A DNA stretch of 32,000 nucleotides from assembly GCF_013365495.1 (NCBI RefSeq), contig NZ_CP046580.1, forward strand, positions 540,001 to 572,000, given 5' to 3'. Source of the DNA: Candidatus Saccharimonadota bacterium. Its GTDB lineage: Bacteria; Pseudomonadota; Alphaproteobacteria; Rickettsiales; Anaplasmataceae. A program made the translations under genes and the position numbers. Below the pieces are notes generated by a model. It worked only from the letters and a program-made list of their open reading frames with translations. It was not told the DNA's origin and ran no database searches. Shown piece after piece: positions 20,524 to 31,166 of the stretch (its first letter is position 1; the number at the start of each line of letters is the position of its first letter).

Positions 20524-20541
20524 AATCTTCTTAAGAAGATT
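20524..20541 (-). terminator. Perfect 18-bp palindrome aatcttcttaagaagatt; possible minus-strand intrinsic terminator
   Basis: The sequence equals its own reverse complement, giving a 7-bp stem with a UUAA loop. On the minus strand the stem runs into a U5 tract (gaagatt+ttt). It lies ~300 nt downstream of the typA stop in a convergent spacer. Confidence 0.3.
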
Positions 20542-20836
20542 ATCAATATTATTATTTTAGTTAACATTTAATTAAATTTACGCATGTTTATCTCAAAAAT
20601 ATATAATGATGTTTTTTCAAAAAATAATTTCAAGACTCATAACAACATTAAATTCTATTAATAGATTAATACTTATCAATACTATTGAAAGTGAATAAGG
20701 AGTATTAAAAGTATAACATAAGTTTGAATTTAAAAATTTCTATCAAAAATAGCAAGGGTATATTTAAAGATCTAAAATAAAATGCATAACTGAGTATTTA
20801 CTCTTACAAAGATAAAAAACTTTATCTATTACCTTA

Positions 20837-22678
20837 CTACCTATACTTTATTTTTTTCCTTTCTGCACGCTTACGTTCACTAGAGTTAAGGAACTTTTTA
20901 CGTAAACGTATAGACTTTGGAGTCACTTCCACTAACTCATCATCATCTATATATGATATCATTTCCTCTAAAGTCATTGTTTTTGGTGGAATAAGTTTTA
21001 TAGCTTCATCACTACTCGTAGTTCTTACATTTGTTAATTGCTTACCTTTGAGTACGTTTATTTCTAAATCATTATTGCGACTATGTTGACCAATAATCAT
21101 ACCACAATACATTTTATCTTGTGGTTTAATAAACATGATACCTCTATCTTGCAAATTAAAAATTGCATACGCTACAGCTTCACCTTTATCAGTAGAAATT
21201 AATACGCCATTGCGTCTTCCAGAAATTGGACCCTTGTATGGGGCATAACTATGAAATAAACGATTGATTATACCAGTACCTCGAGAATCAGTTAAAAGCT
21301 CTCCTTGATAACCAATTAATCCTCTTGATGGCACTAAAAATGTTAATCGCGTTCTACTCTTACCAGAAGTTCTCATATCAACCACTTCACCCTTACGTAA
21401 GCTAAGTTTTTCCATAATAATACCGCTATACTCATCATCTACATCAATTACCACTTCTTCTATAGGTTCAAGCTTTTTACCATCTTTTTCTTTAAAAAAG
21501 ACTCGAGGACGTGAAACAGAAAGCTCAAAACCTTCTCTTCTCATATTCTCAATTAACACTCCAAGTTGTAACTCACCACGTCCACCAACTTCAAATGCTT
21601 CACCATCTGGTGTTGTAGTTACAGTAATTGCAACATTCGTTTCCGCTTCTGCATATAAACGCTCTTTTATAACCGTTGAAGTAAGTTTTGTTCCTTCTTG
21701 TCCAGCAAGTGGTGAATCATTAACACTTATAGTAATTGCCATAGTTGGTGGATCAATTGGAGTTGAACTAATTGCTGTTGTAACCTCAGGTGCTGCTATG
21801 GTATCTGAAACTGAAGCCTTTTCAAGCCCTGCAATCGAGATTATGTCACCTGCCATGGCTTGTCCTACTGGAATACGCTTAAGGCCAGAAAATGATAATA
21901 ACTTAATCAATCTTCCTCTCTCAATCACTTTACCATTAAGATCAAATACCTTAAGGTCAGAATTAACTTTCACAGTCCCTTGATAAACTTTTCCTGTTAA
22001 TATTCTCCCCAGAAACTTATCAGATTCAAGCAAAGTAACTAGCATAGCAAAAGGTGCATTATGATTATAAATAAGAGGTTTTATATAGTCTATAATTGTC
22101 GAAAATAATGGGTTTAAATTTTTTTTTTCATCCGAAAGTTTCTTAACACACCAGCCGTTTCTACCAGAAGCATACAGTACTGGAAAATCTAGCTGCTCAT
22201 TAGTCGCATCAAGATTAAAAAATAGTTCATAAATTTCATTTAACACTTCATGAATTCTATTGTCTGGTCGATCAACCTTATTAACTATCACAATTGGTTT
22301 CAAACTTGCTTTTAGTGCTTTTGATAACACAAATTTAGTCTGTGGCATCGGACCTTCTACAGCATCAACCAGCAGTAGTACACCATCTACCATACACAAT
22401 ACTCTTTCTACTTCTCCACCAAAATCTGCATGTCCTGGTGTATCAATAATGTTAATTTTTTCATGATCCCACATTATTGATGTACATTTTGCAAGTATTG
22501 TAATCCCACGTTCACGCTCTTGGTCACCACTATCCATGATTCTTTCTTGTACTTCTTGATTTTCACGAAATATACCACTTTGTTTTAACATATTATCAAG
22601 CAAAGTAGTTTTACCATGATCAACGTGTGCAATTATTGCAATATTACGGATCGATTGAAATTTATTCATTCCTATCAT
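20837..22678 (-). CDS. typA: Translational GTPase TypA/BipA
   Basis: 613-aa ORF with G1 [10 protein letters not shown]3 [12 protein letters not shown] and G4 NKVDR, followed by EF-G-like domains and the BipA C-terminal domain. Confidence 0.95.
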   Translation of the reverse strand: MIGMNKFQSIRNIAIIAHVDHGKTTLLDNMLKQSGIFRENQEVQERIMDSGDQERERGITILAKCTSIMWDHEKINIIDTPGHADFGGEVERVLCMVDGVLLLVDAVEGPMPQTKFVLSKALKASLKPIVIVNKVDRPDNRIHEVLNEIYELFFNLDATNEQLDFPVLYASGRNGWCVKKLSDEKKNLNPLFSTIIDYIKPLIYNHNAPFAMLVTLLESDKFLGRILTGKVYQGTVKVNSDLKVFDLNGKVIERGRLIKLLSFSGLKRIPVGQAMAGDIISIAGLEKASVSDTIAAPEVTTAISSTPIDPPTMAITISVNDSPLAGQEGTKLTSTVIKERLYAEAETNVAITVTTTPDGEAFEVGGRGELQLGVLIENMRREGFELSVSRPRVFFKEKDGKKLEPIEEVVIDVDDEYSGIIMEKLSLRKGEVVDMRTSGKSRTRLTFLVPSRGLIGYQGELLTDSRGTGIINRLFHSYAPYKGPISGRRNGVLISTDKGEAVAYAIFNLQDRGIMFIKPQDKMYCGMIIGQHSRNNDLEINVLKGKQLTNVRTTSSDEAIKLIPPKTMTLEEMISYIDDDELVEVTPKSIRLRKKFLNSSERKRAERKKIKYR

Positions 22679-22983
22679 TTTAAGTTTAATTTAGTAATTA
22701 GTATACATGTAATATACCCTGAGTAAATAACTAGAGAATGTAAAAGATATTATCAAATCTAATAACAAGAAAATTAGTTTAAACCTTACCTTTAATTTAA
22801 AAATTATATATATAAGCAAATCACATATTTATATGTGACACAAAAAAAAGTACATAAGTAAACAAAACATAATAATTTTATAAAATAGTATAAAAGTTAA
22901 CTTAATTAAAAATGCTAAGAGAATTTTATCTAGCACAACAGTAAGATTTATAAACATATCATACAGTAAAAGTTTAACTATAC

Positions 22984-24085
22984 CTAGTTTTTAGTAAGCA
23001 TACTAACTATGAAACAATCTATATCACCATCAAAAACTGAATTTATGTTACTAACTTCATATCCAGTCCTTAAATCTTTCACCATTTGATATGGATGCAT
23101 AACATATGACCTGATTTGATTGCCCCAACTTATACCACATTTTTTATCATGTTCTTGAGCCATTTTCTGTTCCTTTTTTTCTAACTCAATTTGATATAAA
23201 CGTCCTTTAAGTAATCTTAATGCCTCATTTTTATTCTGATACTGAGATCGACTATTTTGGCACTGAACTATAATACCTGTTGGAATATGTATTATACGTA
23301 CTGCACTTTCAGTTTTATTTACATGCTGACCTCCTGCTCCAGAAGCACGATAAGTATCAATCCTTAGATCCTTTTCATCTATAGCAATATCAATTGAATC
23401 TTCTATTAGAGGGGTAACTCCCACACTTGCAAAACTAGTATGGCGTTTACTATTTGCATCAAATGGTGATATTCTAACCAATCTATGAATACCACTTTCG
23501 CTTTTTGTCCATCCATAAGCTTTTTCTCCAATAATCTTTATCGTTGCAGATTTTATTCCAACTGATTCTCCTTCTAATTTTTCTACAACTTCAACTTTAA
23601 AGTTATGATAAATTGCAGCCCATCTCATATACATATGTATAAGCATTGCAGCCCAATCATTACTTTCTGTTCCTCCTGCTCCTGAATGAACCTCCAAAAA
23701 GCAATTATTATTATCTGTTTTACCAGAAAATAAGGATTCTGCTTCCTTGTATTTTATTAATTTTTCTAATTCTACTAGTTCATCTTTAGCTTCAAAAAAA
23801 AATTCTTCATCATTTTCATCGATAGCAGCTTTCATTAAAGCAATAACATTTTTGTAATCCTTTTCTAACTTTTGAAACGATTCTATATCATTCTTAATTT
23901 TAGAACGCTCTTTCAAAATTTTTTGGGCTTTTTGATTGTCTTTCCATAAATCATTACTCATAGCTTGAAATTCTAGACTTACAAGACGTGACTTCAATTT
24001 CTCTATGTCAAAGGCACCTCCTGATAGCTGAAATGCTTCTAGCTAAACTCTGGAAATATTCAAAAATTTCTAAATGGTTTTTCAT
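22984..24085 (-). CDS. prfB: Peptide chain release factor 2, expressed through a programmed +1 ribosomal frameshift
   Basis: Frame 0 runs ATG 24085 MKNHLEIFEYFQSLARSISAIRRCL then TGA (24010-24008). The +1 frame from 24009 (DIEKLKSRLVSLEFQ...) joins the 337-aa track ORF, which carries SPF (RISPFD) and GGQ (SGAGGQHVNK). Confidence 0.92.
24007..24022 (-). promoter_or_regulatory. RF2 recoding signal: internal Shine-Dalgarno AGGAGG, 3-nt spacer, CTT TGA C shift site
   Basis: The minus strand reads AGGAGG (24022-24017), tgc, then CTT TGA C (24013-24007). This matches the classical prfB autoregulatory cassette. Confidence 0.9.
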
Positions 24086-24245
24086 TCATTTACGCCTTAG
24101 GTTTCAATATATTTACTATCAATAGCAATAACAGTACACAAAATAGAAATTTTACCATATAATAGTTAATTTAAAACAATCTTATTATACTCTAATGCTT
24201 ATAATGAATCAAGTACATGCTCTTATTAAAAAGTAAGGTAAAGAT

Positions 24246-25616
24246 ATGAACATCGAAATAAATTTTCAATATGGCTCAGATAAAAAAGCTATTGATGATT
24301 TGATTGAATCGCTTGATAATGAAGAATTAGAAAATGCCCGCGAGATTGTAAAAACAATAGATAGCATTCAGTTAGCTTATTTTCTATCCACCTCAATCAG
24401 TGATCATAGGGAAAAATTAGTCAGTATTCTAGATCAAAACTCGTTAAGTGATGCTCTAGTGCATGTAGTACCAGATTTACAAGTAGAAATTATAGAAACA
24501 CTAGGAGTAGAAAACACCGCAAAGTTATTAACACTTCTTAACGTAGAAGATATAGTAACCATAGTCAAAGACTTAGATAAAAAGTCTATAAGGAATATAC
24601 TTAATTGCTTGCCTAATACAACTCAAAAGCTAGTAGAAGAGTTATTATCATATCCAGAAGAGAGTGCAGGAAGGCTAATACATAAAAATATGGTTATAGC
24701 TCCATATTATTGGACAATAAATGAATTAACAGAATTTTTACGTAATTATAAAAAGATACCAGAAAAATTTCACCAAATTTTTATTATCAACTCAAAACTA
24801 GAACCTATAGGTAGTGTTAATTTAAGCAAAGTAATATCCCACTCAGGGGAAACAACAATAAAAGAGATAATGAGCCAAGATATAAAAACTATCAAGACTG
24901 GAGTAGACCAAGAGGAAGTAGCAAGAATATTTAAAGATTATTCTTTACTATCAGCTCCAGTAGTAAATAAACGAGGCAAGATTATAGGTGTGATCCTAAT
25001 TGAAGATGTAATAAAAGTTGTGCAACAAGAAACAGAGGAAGATGCACTGAAAATAAGTGGTATATCATCTAAAGCTGATATAAATGCCCCTATACATAAA
25101 ACTATAATTCAAAGATTACCTTGGCTATTATTTAATCTTTTAGCATCAACAATATGCTCTATAGTGGTTGGTTTTTTTGATAATGTAATAGAAAGCTTTG
25201 TAGTACTACCAATAATAATGCCAATAATTGCATCAATGAGCGGAAATGCAGGATCTCAAACAGTAACATTAACTATTAGAGCAATAGCAACAAAATATTT
25301 AACCGAGCAAAATAGAAGTAGAATACTTATAAAAGAATTTTTGATAGGTTTAATAAACGGAATAATTTTATCCATTATTTCACTTATAGTATTAGCAATC
25401 AGATTTCATACTTTTAAAGTGGAAATTATCTTTGTTACTTCTATGATTATGATGTCAATTATTGCAACATTTATTGGAACTTTTATCCCTATAATGCTTC
25501 ATCGTTTAAAATCTGACCCTGCTGTTTCTTCTTCGATCCTGACATCAGCAACAACCGATATTCTTTCAGCTTTTATATTTCTAGGTTTAGCCTCAGTCTT
25601 TTTACTAAATAGTTAA
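24246..25616 (+). CDS. mgtE: Magnesium transporter MgtE
   Basis: 456-aa ORF with an N-terminal MgtE_N helical domain, a CBS pair ([14 protein letters not shown].., [17 protein letters not shown]) and a 5-TM channel domain with SGNAGSQ and ATTDILS motifs. Confidence 0.93.
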   Translation: MNIEINFQYGSDKKAIDDLIESLDNEELENAREIVKTIDSIQLAYFLSTSISDHREKLVSILDQNSLSDALVHVVPDLQVEIIETLGVENTAKLLTLLNVEDIVTIVKDLDKKSIRNILNCLPNTTQKLVEELLSYPEESAGRLIHKNMVIAPYYWTINELTEFLRNYKKIPEKFHQIFIINSKLEPIGSVNLSKVISHSGETTIKEIMSQDIKTIKTGVDQEEVARIFKDYSLLSAPVVNKRGKIIGVILIEDVIKVVQQETEEDALKISGISSKADINAPIHKTIIQRLPWLLFNLLASTICSIVVGFFDNVIESFVVLPIIMPIIASMSGNAGSQTVTLTIRAIATKYLTEQNRSRILIKEFLIGLINGIILSIISLIVLAIRFHTFKVEIIFVTSMIMMSIIATFIGTFIPIMLHRLKSDPAVSSSILTSATTDILSAFIFLGLASVFLLNS

Positions 25617-26611
25617 GCCTTTCTAAAGCAAACTTGATGTACAGCTTCAATTATGTCTTCTACTTGAGGTAATGCTTTTTTTTCTAAATTTGCAGCATAA
25701 GGTAAAGGAATATCCTTACCAGTCACTCGCACAACTGGAGCATCTAGATAATCAAACCCATATTCCATAACAATAGCTGATAACTCTGCTCCTACTCCTG
25801 CAAACGGCCAACCTTCTTCTATGCTCACTAACTTATTAGTTTTTTTAACAGAATTAATAACAGTTTCAATGTCAAGTGGCCTTAAAGTTCTAAGATCAAT
25901 AACTTCCACTTCTATACCTTCACTTGAAAGTAAATCTGCTGCATTCAAAGCATACATTAATTTCAATGAAAAAGCAGTGACAGTTACATCTTTTCCTACT
26001 CGAATAATAGCGGCTTTCCCTATCTCAAGCAAGTAATCTTTATTTAATAGTTCAGAATCAGAAATTTCGTGCTCATGTCCATAAGCAATTTCGTTTTCCA
26101 AAAATATTACTGGACCTGGATCACGAATTGCTGCTTTGAGCAAACCTCTACAATCATAAGCAAAATAAGGTGCTATTACTTTTAATCCCGGTATATGCGA
26201 ATACCAAGATGCAAAGCATTGAGAATGTTGAGCAGCAACTCTCGCTGCAGCACCATTAGGACCACGAAACACTATAGAGCACCCAAGTTGTCCACCTGAC
26301 ATATAATTTATTTTTGCTGCAGAATTCACTATTTGATCAATGGCCTGCATAGAAAAATTAAAAGTCATAAATTCAACAATTGGTTTAAGTCCGGCAAGTG
26401 CTGCTCCAATAGCAAGACCAGCAAAACCTTGTTCAGTAATAGGAGTATCCACCACCCTATTCTCTCCAAACTCCTTCAGTAATCCCTTTGTCACTTTATA
26501 AGCACCATCGTACTCTGCAACTTCTTCGCCAAGAACAAATACATCATGATCATTTTGCATTTCTTCTCTGATTGCTATACATAAAGCTTCCCTAACGCTT
26601 AAAGTTGCCAT
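25613..26611 (-). CDS. pdhB: Pyruvate dehydrogenase E1 component beta subunit
   Basis: 332-aa ORF starting [10 protein letters not shown], with [30 protein letters not shown] and transketolase-like C-terminal domains. Confidence 0.92.
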   Translation of the reverse strand: MATLSVREALCIAIREEMQNDHDVFVLGEEVAEYDGAYKVTKGLLKEFGENRVVDTPITEQGFAGLAIGAALAGLKPIVEFMTFNFSMQAIDQIVNSAAKINYMSGGQLGCSIVFRGPNGAAARVAAQHSQCFASWYSHIPGLKVIAPYFAYDCRGLLKAAIRDPGPVIFLENEIAYGHEHEISDSELLNKDYLLEIGKAAIIRVGKDVTVTAFSLKLMYALNAADLLSSEGIEVEVIDLRTLRPLDIETVINSVKKTNKLVSIEEGWPFAGVGAELSAIVMEYGFDYLDAPVVRVTGKDIPLPYAANLEKKALPQVEDIIEAVHQVCFRKA

Positions 26612-27159
26612 TTACAAATTTTTATAGGTTTTAACTTTAAATATAACTATATCAAAATTACTAGTACTTAGTAAAGTAGTATGTTTATATAGAACAAGAT
26701 TTTTATATTATTTAAGACTATAGCTTATATATTGATAACAAACACCTTTTTAGTACTTATTTTTCATTCATACTTTTTAAGTAAAACTTGACTTAATCAA
26801 TAATGTTAAGCTAATACCCTATAATAAATTTTTGTCTATTTCTCATGATTGTATTTTACTTACTATAAATACTAGATTTAAGTAATAAATATATTATGCA
26901 TTAATTATTAACATAGTAAAAAATTACTACTACACTAATATAACTGTATATCTAATCTAACACCATACGTTTAATATAGTAAATTATCAATCCCCCCCAC
27001 AAGAAGAGTAAACCACGCAAAAATAGAACATTATACGTAAAATTTTTATGACTCTATGATGCACTGGTCCATTTTTGGTTTTTAATTTTATGCTCCCATT
27101 TTTGACTATATTGAATTTTATCTTTTTTAACCTTTAACTTTTTTTCTAGTTGTTCAAAA

Positions 27160-27181
27160 TTATTTACTTTTTATTTACTTT
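27160..27181. repeat. Perfect 11-bp tandem duplication (ttatttacttt x2)
   Basis: Read directly: positions 27160-27170 are identical to 27171-27181. Confidence 0.6.
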
Positions 27182-27449
27182 ATCAACCGACAATTTATTT
27201 TTATAAACTTCACTTTTTAAATTTTTCCTTACCTTAACTCATTTTTAGTAGCTATCTATTATTTTAGTGTCTAAAAACTGTTTTACCATATTGATAATTT
27301 GCTTTTTTAAATATTTTTCTCTCATCCAAATACTTTTTATATTTCTGTTTTAGTGTCATGATCTACTTTAATTGAATACATTTTAGTATATAAAAATTTC
27401 AAAAACCAAAGTTAAGTAGTTACTTATATATTTATCATTTATTATAATA

Positions 27450-30059
27450 ATGCACCGCAAAATTTTAGAACAAAATTCCTGTAATTATGTTAACTTATGG
27501 GAAAGACTAAGAATATTTATGTTAGAAAAAAAATATAATTTTAAAGAAATTGAAGCCAAATGCAATATGTTATGGGAAAAAAGTCAAGTTTATAAATGGA
27601 GTGGTAAAAAGAATAACACTTTTACCATAGATACCCCTCCACCAACAATATCAGGAAAATTACATATTGGACATATATTTAGTTATTGCCATACAGACTT
27701 TATTGCAAGATTTCAACGTATGCTTGGAAAAGACGTATTTTATCCAATTGGGTTTGATGATAATGGACTTCCTACTGAAAGATTAGTAGAAAAAGTCAAT
27801 AAAATCAGAGCAAAAGAGATTGGCAAAGAGAAATTTATGAAGATATGTTATGAACTTATTGAAAAGTCAAAACAAGAATTTAAAAAATTATTTAAATCGG
27901 TTGGTATTAGCTATGATTGGAATCTAGAATATCACACAATTAGCAAAGAAACTATAATACTCTCTCAAATGTCGTTTATTGACCTATATAATAAAGGATA
28001 TGCATATAGAAAAATGCAACCTATTATCTGGGATCCGATTGACAAAACTGCAATTGCACAAGCAGAAATAGAGAATAAAATTTTCGAATCATCTTTATAT
28101 ATTATAGCCTTTTTCACTGAAAAAAATGAGTTAATCAAGATCGCGACCACACGTCCTGAACTACTTCCAGCATGTGTTGCAGTCTTCTGCCATCCAAAAG
28201 ACATACGTTATACCCACCTGATTGGAAAAACAGCTATAGCACCAATTACAGGAGTAAAAATTCCAATAATATCTGATGATAAGGTGAAAATAGATAAAGG
28301 TACAGGGCTTGTTATGTGCTGTACATTTGGTGATGAATTAGATATATATTGGCAGCAAAAGTATAATTTACCAATAAAAATTATTCTGGACCAAGATGGA
28401 AAGGTAAGTCTGGATTTAATATATCATGATAGTAAACCTCAATATCAAGATATTAAAACGATAGAAAAAATTGCTACTTGGATGACAACAAAAAATGTCA
28501 TGCATAATACCGAAATTTATAATGAAGTAAATGGGCTAAAGATTCAAGGAGCAAGAAAAAAAATAATAGAAATTCTAACTAAAAAAGGACTTTTGATAAA
28601 AAATACTAACATTTTTCATTCTATAAAGTGTGCAGAAAGATCTGGTACTCCACTTGAGATATTGCCTACTTATCAATGGTTTATTAAGGTTTTGGATCAA
28701 AAAAAACAAGTATTGGATAGAGTAAAAGAATGCAATTGGTATCCAAGCACTATGCGTAAACGCATTGAAGTATGGATAGAAGAATTAAATTGGGACTGGT
28801 GTATATCAAGGCAGCGTTACTTTGGTGTTCCATTTCCAGTATGGTACTCAAAACGTAAAGGAGAGGAAGGAAAAATTATTTTGGCTGAAGCAAAAGATTT
28901 ACCTATTGATCCGTTAAAAGATTTACCAAAAGGATATAGTAAAGAAGAAGTTATTCCAGATCAAGACGTCATGGATACTTGGGCTACAAGCGCAATCACT
29001 CCTCAATTAAATGCATTGGCAGTAAATAATGAATTCTATTTGCCTGGACATCGATATGATAAGGTATTTCCTATGAATTTACGTAGCCAAAGTCATGAAA
29101 TAATAAGAACTTGGGCTTTTTATACGATTTTGAAAGCACATTATCACGCAAATTTACTACCATGGAAAAATATTATGATCAGCGGTTGGTGTTTAGCTGA
29201 CGATAAAAAAAAGATGAGCAAATCAAAAGGCAATATTATCACCCCTCATACGATACTTGATACTTATGGTGCAGATGTAGTACGTTATTGGGCAGCAAAT
29301 TCAAGACTTGGAACTGATACGGTTTACTCTGAAAATATATTCAAAATTGGCAAGCGTCTTATTACAAAGCTTTGGAATGCAAGTAAATTTGTTTCTCTAT
29401 TTATAAAGAAGCATCAAGTTGTAAATATAAACTTTGTCAGTGAGATAATGGATAAATGGGTATTGTCTAAGCTATGCAAAGTTATAGAAAAAGCAACAGT
29501 TAATTTGCTAAAGTTTAAGTACTATGAAGCTCTAAATACAATAAGGAAATTTTTTTGGGAGGATTTTTGTGATAATTACTTAGAACTAGTGAAAAAACGT
29601 GTGTATAGTGATACGGTCAGCAATGAAGCAAGCTTAAGCGCGAAACATAGTTTATCATATGTATTGAATATTATTTTGCGGTTGTTTGCACCTTTTTTGC
29701 CATATATTACAGAAGAAATATATCAGCAATTATATAGCTATAATTCTATACACAATCAAAATAATTGGCCAAATAGAGGAGAACTCACCTATGATAAATT
29801 TTCTGAAGAAATGGGAAATAATTTCGTACAAATACTAGATATTGTAAGAGAAATAAAAGCATATAACAATGTATCGATTAAGTATCCAATAAAGAAATTA
29901 ATAATAAAAACAAACTTACAAGAATACAAGTTAAATCAGTCCGCAGAGAATGATTTGCAAACAGTATGTAACGCTAAAGCTATACAGTGGAGTGATGATA
30001 TACAATCAGAACTAAAAACTGAAAATAGAAAATTTATCGTAAAAGTAGATCTATATTGA
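27450..30059 (+). CDS. valS: Valine--tRNA ligase
   Basis: 869-aa ORF with HIGH-type motif PTISGKLHIGH, KMSKSKGN, an editing domain (TTRPELLPACVAV, GTGLVMCCTFGD) and WCISRQRYFG. The family-typical N-terminus starts at the internal ATG 27519 (MLEKKYNFKEIEAK). The 23 upstream codons are probably not translated. Confidence 0.93.
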   Translation: MHRKILEQNSCNYVNLWERLRIFMLEKKYNFKEIEAKCNMLWEKSQVYKWSGKKNNTFTIDTPPPTISGKLHIGHIFSYCHTDFIARFQRMLGKDVFYPIGFDDNGLPTERLVEKVNKIRAKEIGKEKFMKICYELIEKSKQEFKKLFKSVGISYDWNLEYHTISKETIILSQMSFIDLYNKGYAYRKMQPIIWDPIDKTAIAQAEIENKIFESSLYIIAFFTEKNELIKIATTRPELLPACVAVFCHPKDIRYTHLIGKTAIAPITGVKIPIISDDKVKIDKGTGLVMCCTFGDELDIYWQQKYNLPIKIILDQDGKVSLDLIYHDSKPQYQDIKTIEKIATWMTTKNVMHNTEIYNEVNGLKIQGARKKIIEILTKKGLLIKNTNIFHSIKCAERSGTPLEILPTYQWFIKVLDQKKQVLDRVKECNWYPSTMRKRIEVWIEELNWDWCISRQRYFGVPFPVWYSKRKGEEGKIILAEAKDLPIDPLKDLPKGYSKEEVIPDQDVMDTWATSAITPQLNALAVNNEFYLPGHRYDKVFPMNLRSQSHEIIRTWAFYTILKAHYHANLLPWKNIMISGWCLADDKKKMSKSKGNIITPHTILDTYGADVVRYWAANSRLGTDTVYSENIFKIGKRLITKLWNASKFVSLFIKKHQVVNINFVSEIMDKWVLSKLCKVIEKATVNLLKFKYYEALNTIRKFFWEDFCDNYLELVKKRVYSDTVSNEASLSAKHSLSYVLNIILRLFAPFLPYITEEIYQQLYSYNSIHNQNNWPNRGELTYDKFSEEMGNNFVQILDIVREIKAYNNVSIKYPIKKLIIKTNLQEYKLNQSAENDLQTVCNAKAIQWSDDIQSELKTENRKFIVKVDLY

Positions 30060-30936
30060 TTATCATTATAAAATCATCTGAGTAACTTTTAATATTCATG
30101 CTATCATTGTAATAATTAAGTAATAATAAAAAAATTTATATAGTGAACTAGGTATGTATAATCCCTCCAATAAATTTAAGATAGGTAGTATATCATAAGA
30201 TTAATTCATCTGAAATAAGTGATAAATCTTAAGTGTGATGCTTTTTCTATTTTATAAAATGAGAATAATTGAGGGGCTTTAATTTTTTGACTGATACTAA
30301 TCAACAATCTTACCATCTCTTTTTTTAAATAAAAAAAATTAAATGCTTTATTTTTATAGTAATGAAATGATAAATAATCGATATGAAGTAGATAATTTTA
30401 CCCATAAGTAAATGATATAGAAAACTAAAGTGCCAGACAAGCAAAGTATATAAAATTTAGTGATGAAATACCCAAACTAACCCTAATATTAGCCTTTAGG
30501 GACTAGTATATATGTTCTGATATGAAGTGAACTTTTTAACTTATTTAAGTATCTTATTGTGAAATTATAAATTATTCAAATTAAGCAAGGTATTTATGAA
30601 ACCCAATTTAAGCTAGTTCTAAAAAAATCATACAAGCAACATTATAATTATAATATAAATACATCTATAACTTTTATAAAATAACTTTACATAGTTAACA
30701 TGAATTAAAAATGATTTAAAAAAAACTACATTACAAAGTCAACAAATAAACATAAAATATCTTTTTAGGAAACGCTTATTATTACATAAAAATATAAAAA
30801 ATAGATGAAAACTTAGCAATAGAAAAAACGGTACAAATTAATACCCCGTATAAAAAAATAAATATAGTCTCAGCATATTAAGTCAATAATAAAATAATAA
30901 CTTGGTAAAAGCCAAAATTCTCCTCAACAAATAGAA

Positions 30937-30956
30937 AAAATTAAATACAAAACAAA
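30937..30956. repeat. Dispersed direct repeat, copy 1 (aaaattaaatacaaaacaaa)
   Basis: 19 of 20 positions are identical to 31077-31096, 140 bp downstream. Looser similarity extends over 30928-30965 versus 31069-31100. Confidence 0.4.
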
Positions 30957-31076
30957 GCAAAAAAATTTTATATCTAATCAGCAATACACTATTGTAATTA
31001 CCCATTTACCCATTATAAAATAATTTACTAACTGCTGTAATAATTTTATCTATACTAAATCATAAAAACAAAAAGT

Positions 31077-31096
31077 AAAATTAAATACAAATCAAA
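31077..31096. repeat. Dispersed direct repeat, copy 2 (aaaattaaatacaaatcaaa)
   Basis: See copy 1. The first 15 nt are identical, then one mismatch, then caaa. Confidence 0.4.
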
Positions 31097-31166
31097 AAAT
31101 AAGTATAAACTTTATGATTCAAAAGATTAGAAAAGTGCTACAATATGTAACATATTAAAATCTAAT

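Noticed and set aside
24086-24245. An M-box (Mg2+) riboswitch upstream of mgtE.
   Set aside because: The spacer is only 160 bp and is shared with the divergent prfB promoter. It is almost devoid of G/C and has none of the paired GC helices an M-box requires.
26952-27359. A possible decayed minus-strand gene. One frame reads MTLKQKYKKYLDERKIFKKANYQYGKTVFRH*, then a stop-dense stretch, then KVNNFEQLEKKLKVKKDKIQYSQKWEHKIKNQKWTSAS*SHKNFTYNVLFLRGLLFLWGGLIIYYIKRMVLD*.
   Set aside because: The frame has 11 stops in 136 codons. My rough estimate of stop frequency on an A-rich strand (about 1 per 10-11 codons) predicts dozens of 30-40-codon open runs across 7.8 kb of spacer in six frames. I recognise no family similarity. 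A tblastx hit would reopen the case.
648-28204. Thirteen track ORFs lie inside or antisense to well-supported genes: 648-851, 1918-2226, 2807-3130, 4819-5004, 6180-6608, 6853-7143, 14955-15194, 17434-17673, 19866-20099, 21798-21983, 22260-22466, 25821-26036 and 27965-28204.
   Set aside because: Each overlaps a strongly supported conserved gene on the opposite strand or in another frame. Their products are low-complexity (S/P/L/I/F-rich) with no recognisable motifs. They are typical shadow ORFs.
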